DNA from: Octopus sinensis
Lineage: Eukaryota
Assembly (NCBI RefSeq): GCF_006345805.1
Contig: NC_042998.1
Coordinates: 93,000,001-93,064,000, forward strand
Length of the DNA stretch: 64,000 nucleotides
Direction: 5' to 3'
Below the pieces are notes generated by a model. That model did no database searches and was not told the DNA's origin. It saw only the letters and a list, made by a program, of their open reading frames with translations. Both the position numbers and the translations under genes were made by a program. Positions 55,541-64,000 of the stretch are shown piece after piece; positions within the stretch are counted from its first letter, which is position 1; every line of letters begins with the position of its first letter.

Positions 55541-58500
55541 CTAAAGAGCAATGTTTTCCAGCGATGAAAAAATAAGTGATCAGATATTTAGATGCGAATC
55601 TGCCTGGATATATTGAGAATATATAGATATGTTAGTGTGTGGATTCTCACTGTTCTGTGTGCACCTCATGAATTATTATCAGTAAAAAAATTTGATTTTC
55701 TATTTTTATCGTTACTCCTTTACTTATATTTTAAATGTTTAAAGATTTCTTGAATGTTTAACCCAAAACATGCAATTTGAATTGGAATCTGTGATACATG
55801 CTAAACAAAAAAAAAAAATTTTTTTTCAGCTGTTTTTTTTATACATTTAGTTTAGAGAATTATGATTCATTTCAATGACTGATGAATTTTGGCACCATGG
55901 GTATTTTTTTTATTAACAGGTTCTTTTCTTTTTTTTAAAACAAGAACCCACTCATAAACAAACACAAAAAGCAAAAGAAATTCTGAGCCCTAGAAGATGA
56001 CAAGATGATGATGCATCATATTATCCAAGGCTCATTCTTCTTCAATATTCACAGTTGTAGCCTTGCGGCTTCTTTGATAGGAACCAACTTCTATGTTGAT
56101 GGTCATCAAGACCTTTACATATTCCATTTATCACTTCAATGTAATAACTTTTTAAAACTTCATTTGGAAGTCATAATTAACAACTTGTAAATGAATTATG
56201 TTTATTTTTGACAAAATTCCACAAAATCAAACATGATGGTTTTTCTTGCTGACAAAAATGATGGATATATATATATATATAATGCGAACATTTGTCACAA
56301 TAGCACACAAACACTCATCTTTCACAAGGGAAAAGTTTTCAGGTGTTATGAGACAGGTAAATGATTTTTTTATCAGCATATCAATCAACTTATTTTTTAT
56401 TCACAGCTCAATAAAAGAGTAGAAAAAAATGAATCATTATTGTGTGTTAAGTTTCTTGTTAGCTGTTTCATTATTTTCAAAATTGATTATTTCAGTTTCA
56501 TTCTCTTTTCAGTATTCATAGAAAGGTACAGAAAATTAGATACTGAAAACTACTATTTCTAATATGATTTCCTTTGAGTTTATCTAGAGTAGCCAATCTA
56601 CAATTTAAAAAAAAATGTATTTATCTGAAGCATCAGTTCTTAAAAAAAAACACTGACACTTTAGTTTAATCTTAATGAATATCTTTCTACCACAGCAAAG
56701 TAACTTCCAGTCTTCACCTGTTGCTTATAAGACATCAGGGGTTAAAAGATCCATCTCAAATTAAGGCTGCAGATTAAGAAATTTACTCTCAATTATTTAT
56801 TGAGAAATCTCATTGTATTTAGACATTAAAAACAAACTGGAAACTTTCTCTTCATCAATTTAGAGTATTATTTTCTAAACTTGTGATAATTTGCATAAGA
56901 GAATCTAAAGTACAATATTCTGATGCCATTCCATTTAACAAATAAAGCAGAAACAGCATGATATAAATAATTCTCATTTATTTCACTTCCTCTGCTGTGG
57001 CAGCTGTCACAATCTTAGTCACCATTCTATTTCTGATTACCTGTTGCCAGTCATTTTCAGGAAATGATGTCTGTTGCCTTCTTTAGTTCATTTCAAAGAC
57101 TTTTGGCAGTATCAATCATTTGTGGATACATCCATTGTAATTTTTGTAGATATTTGTGGTAGATCCAGAATATCTCTTGATATCCTCCACTTTCGGCATT
57201 TTCTGTTGTGGAGATCTTATACGTTGGCAACTGTGAGTTGCAAGAAAGAATGTAGGACAAAGGACTTAAAAAGGGAGATGCTATAATTTCCTGCTATATA
57301 CTGGGCAACTTTACTGAAATGAAACTGAAATTTCTTAAAATTTTTTTAAGTAATGAGACCCAAAATATTTCTGATGAACATCTATGTCTCTTCCTGACAA
57401 TTATATAAATATAGTTGAATTTCAGTGAAAAGTTTCACTTACACTTGTTCTTTATTTTTCTTTGTTGTAGGGAATTAGTAACAATGGTATACCACTCCCA
57501 TATGACATAGTGACTATAAGTAAAGAGAAATACATGAAGTACCTGAGTACATAGTAGGCTGTCAGAGATAGTCATGTCTTTACTGGTTTTACTAAGTACA
57601 ATGTATACTGAGGTGGGCGTTATAAGAATCCAATATTTTAAGGATTATAACACAATTCCAAGTTTTACTGTAATTCTTTTATTGTAAAAATATTATTATT
57701 GATATTCATATTACCAAGAGTAGAAATGCTGATTAAATAATTTCTTCTGTACTTATTTATTTCTTAAAATACACTGATCAGCTGATATTTTATTGCCTAA
57801 TAATGTGACAAGCTACTAATTTAACGAAATACAGAAAAAGAGCTGCTTTTATTATTTCTGAAAATTTGGAAACAGTGAATGTTACATGGAAGTCTGAAGA
57901 AAAATTAATCAAGGTTCAATTGAAACTGTTACTTCAGATAAAATATTTGTACAATGAAAATAGAAAATTGTATTGCCTGAACAGCTTCCACTGTTCAAAA
58001 GTCTATCTTCTTGTAAGATTTATATTTATTTGCTGTTCATGAATTGTCTAAAATAAAAATAGAAACAAGGTAATTGCTAGAAATGGTTCTGCATCGAAAT
58101 GTGAATTTCTAAATAACACATTGTTTAGAATGCAGCATTTGAAGTATGTTCTCAGAAAATAGTAATCTTTAAAATGTGCTGCTTCTATATCACGTTGCCA
58201 AAACCTATGATCAAATGAATGATTATGCAACTCTGAGAAATTGACAGATAAGAAGCACTTGCATGAAGCAGCGTTCCAAAATAGCAAATTTAAGTGATGT
58301 GGAAACCACTGGAAATATTCAAATAGCACAGAACAGTAAAATGACCTCATATAGCATGATTTACATACCTGCATATATGTCTACATACATATGCAAACAT
58401 GTATACATATATGCAAACATACATGTGTTTATGTGTGTATGTATGTATCTATGCATGCATGTCTGTCTGTCTGTATGTATGCATGCATGTATGTATGTAT

Positions 58501-58611
58501 GTACATGTATATATGTGTATAATATATATAAGTACATGTTTATACATGTATACCCAAATATATATATGTAAATATATATATACATACATTCATATATATA
58601 TTATATATATA

Positions 58612-58647
<36 letters not shown>

Positions 58648-58779
58648 ACTTTATATATCACCATCAATATTTAACATCTGTTATATAAGTGCATACACAT
58701 ACACACACACATACACGTATGTGTGTGTGTGTGTGTGCATATGTATATAAATAGATAAATATATGGATAGAAAGATAGC

Positions 58780-59005
<226 letters not shown>

Positions 59006-59437
59006 CATATTGTGTTCTGAATTGATTTTGAATAGATTGTAATTATATAATTAACTCTTTCAGTTATAAAATTACGGAAAGCAATTATCCAAAACTAGAG
59101 GTTATATTTGCTCTGGTTTATAATCCTGATTAATGTTGCTAACAACATATTTGAATATATAAAACTCAGCTGCTTTGAATTTTCTTTCTAAGGAATCAAA
59201 GCAATTAATGAGTGTTAATTTAATATATTTGGAATTAAATGCACAACTGTAAATTGCAATTCATTGACATCTTATGTTTTATTTAATAAGGCACACTCAC
59301 CCACCCCACATACACACACACACATATATACAATATAAGTCCATATACATTATTCATATTTACATAAATATATATATATATAAATATATACATATATATA
59401 TGTATTTAAATATATAAATATATTTATAGACATACAT

Positions 59438-59511
<74 letters not shown>

Positions 59512-60051
59512 TATGTGTGAATGTCTATACTTATAATGTATGTAAATTCATGGTGAAACAATGTTTGAGTTTTAGCTATTATATTAAATATTTCTTTTTA
59601 TTTCATCATTAATCACTTATGTTCTGGAACAATAAATTTTCGATGTTGATCTGTTGTAAATGTTGGTTTACTGTAGGTGAGAATCACGGGAATGATGATA
59701 GGTCTGTTTCACACATCAGCTATAAAAAAACAAATTCCTTATTTTTAGATTTGTTTCCTCAAAATAGCACTACAAGCAGAGATTACTAGAATAAAACAAA
59801 TGCTACTCAAAAAAAAAAAAGATATAGAAATCATTTAGAAGTCTGAACTATACAGTAACAACAATATATGTGTATGTGTGCATGTGTGTGTGTGTATGCA
59901 TGTATATATATATATCAATATACATTTATACACATATATAAATATATATATAATTTATATATCTGTGTATATATATACACTTACACATACATACATAGAT
60001 AAATGTCTGTGTTATTCAGTCTTTATATATATGTGTACGCGTGTATGAATT

Positions 60052-60083
<32 letters not shown>

Positions 60084-60088
60084 TATAC

Positions 60089-60141
<53 letters not shown>

Positions 60142-61679
60142 TGTGTGTGTGTGTGCATATATATATAATATAGCTATATTTATATATGTGTATGTATGTA
60201 GGTATGTATATGTTCAACATGTTAAATACTACAAACACAACATCCAATGAATGCTAACAGAAACACATGACATATATTTATATGAACCAAATGTATTTTA
60301 GTTATCTAATACATGAATACATTATCAAAAATCTCATTGTAAATACATATATTGTAACCAGTCAAAACTTAGTGCCACTAAAACATGAAAATTAAAAAAA
60401 AATATCCACATCTATAATAAACCAAAATCCTGAAAGCTATTGAATAAATTTCAGATGACAAATCTAATTTAGAAATTTATTTGGAAACATGAAAGTTGTA
60501 AACTTCATGACTAACAGTTACATTAGACATACATGCACCACTTATTCTCAGTGTCTGACTATGTATCTCAAACAAAGAACTATTGAAACACATTAGATTA
60601 CACAACACAAAATAAAAACAGATAGAAAAAAATATTTGTTTATACCACATCTTAGCAATATTATCTGTTAATTCCCCACAAGGCTTTTCTTTTTAATTGT
60701 AGTTAAGTCTCATAGGCTAAAAATATAGTTTTGAATGTCTGATTACTAAGAAAGTCTACCATGTTATCAGTGTCAAATATAAAGACTGAACGACACACAC
60801 ACTCACACGCACACACACACATGCACGTATGCACACACACATACACACACACATATTCTTGTATGTATGTATGTATGTATGTATGTGTGTTTATGTATGT
60901 ATGTATGTCTGTATGTATGTAATATGTGAGGTGAATTCATGTTTATTTTAACATTGATATTTGTACTTCTTCATGTATTTTCTGTATATAATCTTGTATA
61001 CATATTTGATTACATTATTTTAACTCCACTCCGGCTATAGAACACTATGATTATAACAAAAATATACTGAACGCTGAATTGAGAAATATATTTATAAGCA
61101 CTGATGCTGGTGTGATGTAAAAAGCACCCAGTAGACCCTGTAAAGCAGTTGGCATTAAAAAGGGCATCATGCGATAGCAACCACACCAGAACAGACAATA
61201 GAGCTTGGTGTGGCACTTGGCCTTACCAGCTCTTGTCATGCTGTCCAAGGAAATGGACAGTAAATGATGATGATGATGATAAGGATGACGATGACAACAA
61301 CGACGACGACGACGACGACGATGATGATGATGCTGATGATATTGATAATTTATCATGATATTTACTATTGCATACAAAGATGTGTCACTTCAGACAAAAG
61401 TCATTGGGAGACATAGGTTTTTTCAGATGATGACGACCTAGTATTATCTTGTTTCATTTCATGATTTACAAACTTGGTTACAAGGGATTATTGATATTTA
61501 TGTGGTTTTCTTTCCTTGCATTATTTTTCAATTTTGGATGTTTAAAATGATTCACTTCAAATTACATTTACCCAATGTTTAATTTTTCATAAATTGCCAA
61601 CATTTTCAGGTCAGATTTAAAGTTGTCTTTGTATTATAATTTCAGTTTGTAACAGTTTCATCTCTGTTTTCTCTCATTG

Positions 61680-61860
61680 AGTAAGGGACCAGAATTCTTT
61701 TGTCTTCTCTTCGAATTATATGGCCAACACATCTCATTCTGTTATGTTGTAAGAGAGCTTTTATATTTACAACATTTGAAGATGTTAACATCCGTCCCAT
61801 AGCCTCTCCATGATATATGCAAAATTTGTTAAAGGCAATTTTGCTAAATATTCTTTACTT
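61680..61860 (-). pseudogene. Old RTE-clade LINE remnant
   Basis: NIKALLQHNRMRCVGHIIRREDKRIL resembles the RTE motif SIEALL..RLRWAGHVxRMEDxR. Confidence 0.45.
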
Positions 61861-62090
61861 GTACAAACTCACTCTCTCTCTATCTATCTCTCTCCATCTC
61901 TCCTACACAACACACACACACACACACACATGTTTTATTTTACAATTTAAACTTCTAACACCAATGTAATAGGCACACTGAAGACTTGATGATGACCAAC
62001 AAACACTCACTGTCTGTAACCATTTGACCATTTATATTACAGGTGCTCATATTATTAAACTTATAGCTAAATATTGCAACTCTTACTCAC

Positions 62091-62233
62091 TTTTTCTAGA
62101 ATATTAACAAAGGGCTGTAAGCCATAAAGAATCCTCTTAATTGCATCACATGGTTTCCTTTTTATCATAGAGTTATTTTTCATAAATAATTTTTTTCTTA
62201 TTACCACACTGCTTAAAAGCAGCTTCCTAATGT
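62091..62233 (-). CDS. Candidate coding exon (IRKLLLSSVVIRKKLFMKNNSMIKRKPCDAIKRILYGLQPFVNILEK)
   Basis: ttgttatatag acceptor and gtgagt donor; 143 nt, phase 1 to 0; open frame in AT-rich unique DNA. No homology recognised. Confidence 0.3.
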
Positions 62234-63692
62234 CTATATAACAAGCTATTTATAGATGATAGTCTAAAGGTGACATAACAAATATTTTTATGTTGCCTCT
62301 ATTTGACACCAGAGATTAATATTTGATAAGTTAAAGAAGACCAGTCAACAACATCTTAAGGTCAAATGCTTTCATAACGAAACCTTCATTGATATTTCAT
62401 ATAAGATATGAAAGCAAATCAATACAAAGGAATTTTCTTCTGACCTGTGATATATGAAGTTGTATACTAATTGTTTACACACACTATCTTATTGAAGCTG
62501 TCACCTCTTGTTGGCTATATTCATATATGCTTGTCTTATTATATTGCCTTGTAGCTCCAAAGATGACTAGATGCCTTTTTTTGTGTGTGTAGGAAAGTTA
62601 TTTGAAAATATGTTATATGATGAATTATTACTTGCATAGCATTTTTATATATTTTCATATTTTTGTTTTGATGTGAATTCTTATTTAATTCTAAAAAATA
62701 ATATTGTTTGTATAAGATATGCAAACGCCTCTCTTCCAAAAGTCAATTTCAAGCCTGTTGATGAATAGTGATGATAACAATAGTAATGATGAATATATAG
62801 ATCAATTTTGTAAATTAGAACTTTAAAGTGTAGCCACTTTCTTCAATGTGTATCTATAGATTCTGCTTTGATCTTTATGAGATAACATTCTCGTATGTTA
62901 TGAATGCAATAATATCATGCAGCAAAAATATATCAAAATATATCAAATCTGAAAATCACAGGCTACTTTCATGCTGTATACTCCTATTTCTCAATAGTAA
63001 CTATGTGTTACTTTTCAAGCTCTAACTCATTATTATCTCCATTCAGTTTTTACCTCTTACATAATATCATTTGGTTACTGATGTGAACACTTTAATTGAA
63101 ATCATTAGGATTCTTTTGAACCTCATAAAAACACACTCTACCTCACAATATAATAATTACTTTGATTTATCCACTATTCTTTGCAGTTCCATCAGTAAAT
63201 CAAGAGAATGTTATATAGAAAAATGTAAAATTCTCTCACACAAGAATTCTCCTAATCATTCATGTTTTTTATATTTTACACCATGGCAGAAAGAATAAAT
63301 CAATAGCAGTAAAGTGATCAATGCCATGCAACAACCAAAGGATTTGCAATTAGAAGAAAAAAATAAAGAAACTGAATTCATATTTTTAGTTACTTTTTAA
63401 CTTAATGCTATTTTTCAAAACTAATTAGGTGTCACTCCCTGGTTTTCCAATAAAACATCTATCATTACAAGATCCATGTTGGAGCATTCACAGATTCTTC
63501 CTTTATTAGAATTGCCCAAGGTTTGCTAACAAAACTAAGCCATCAGCTGCTTTTACTTAACACCTGTATAGGTTCCCCATTGTTGGAGCATCTCAAACGA
63601 AAGAAGGGTGCATTCTTTGAGGTCTCCCAAAAGATACATTGCTATTATATTAGTTTTGTAAAGCTAAAATTATTACGATAACATATTTTTTA

Positions 63693-64000
63693 AGTGGCTG
63701 TGTGGTAAGTAACTTGCTTACCAACCACATGGTTCTGGGTTCAGTCCCACTGTGTGGCACCTTGGGCAAGTATCTTCTACTATAGCCTCAGGCCAACCAA
63801 AGCCTTGTGAGTGGATTTGGTAGATGGAAACTGAAAGAAGCCTGTCGTATATATGTATACATATGTATGTGTGTGTGTGTGTTTGTGTGTCTGTGTTTGT
63901 CCCCCCAACATCACTTGACAACTGATGCTGGTGTGTTTACATCCCTGTAACTTAGCGGTTCAGAAAAAAAGAGACCAATAGAATAAGTACTCGGCTTACA
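63693..64000 (+). mobile_element. SINE family A, cut by the window end
   Basis: Close match to 22718-23030. Confidence 0.9.

Noticed and set aside
57040-57230. Exon-like segment with a good acceptor (caactcacag) and donor (gtaatc) on the minus strand
   Set aside because: All three frames contain stops; it could be a non-coding exon, but nothing else supports it.

Overview
AT-rich, microsatellite-saturated eukaryotic DNA. The SINE, RTE and R4/Dong repeat families look like those of an Octopus (coleoid cephalopod) genome; this is recognition by eye, not a database result. No host protein-coding gene can be named. A few exon-sized open frames with AG/GT boundaries on the minus strand may belong to an unidentified multi-exon gene. 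Most entries in the ORF track are translations of simple repeats. Transposons dominate the window. (i) A (TAA)n array at 7.3-13.75 kb holds a near-complete R4/Dong-type RT + restriction-like endonuclease (RLE) LINE, a second Dong fragment fused in frame to a Penelope GIY-YIG endonuclease, and a minimal hammerhead ribozyme motif in the Penelope 3' end. (ii) A separate RLE-LINE lineage sits, in nearly every copy, in (ATAC)n repeats: one 3.4-kb copy at 50.2-53.6 kb and stacked 3' fragments at 40.8-43.0 kb. (iii) There is a 5'-truncated RTE LINE, five Tc1/mariner-superfamily elements (DD34D, DD37D, DD34E), hAT and pogo-type MITEs, and many tRNA-derived SINEs. (iv) Several young inverted repeats are present, including a 187-bp ~99% identical pair at 0.9-1.6 kb and a ~1-kb-arm inverted duplication at 36.5-40.3 kb. 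No rRNA, true tRNA or CRISPR array was seen. Boundaries were read by eye and are approximate unless TIR, TSD or splice sites are quoted.
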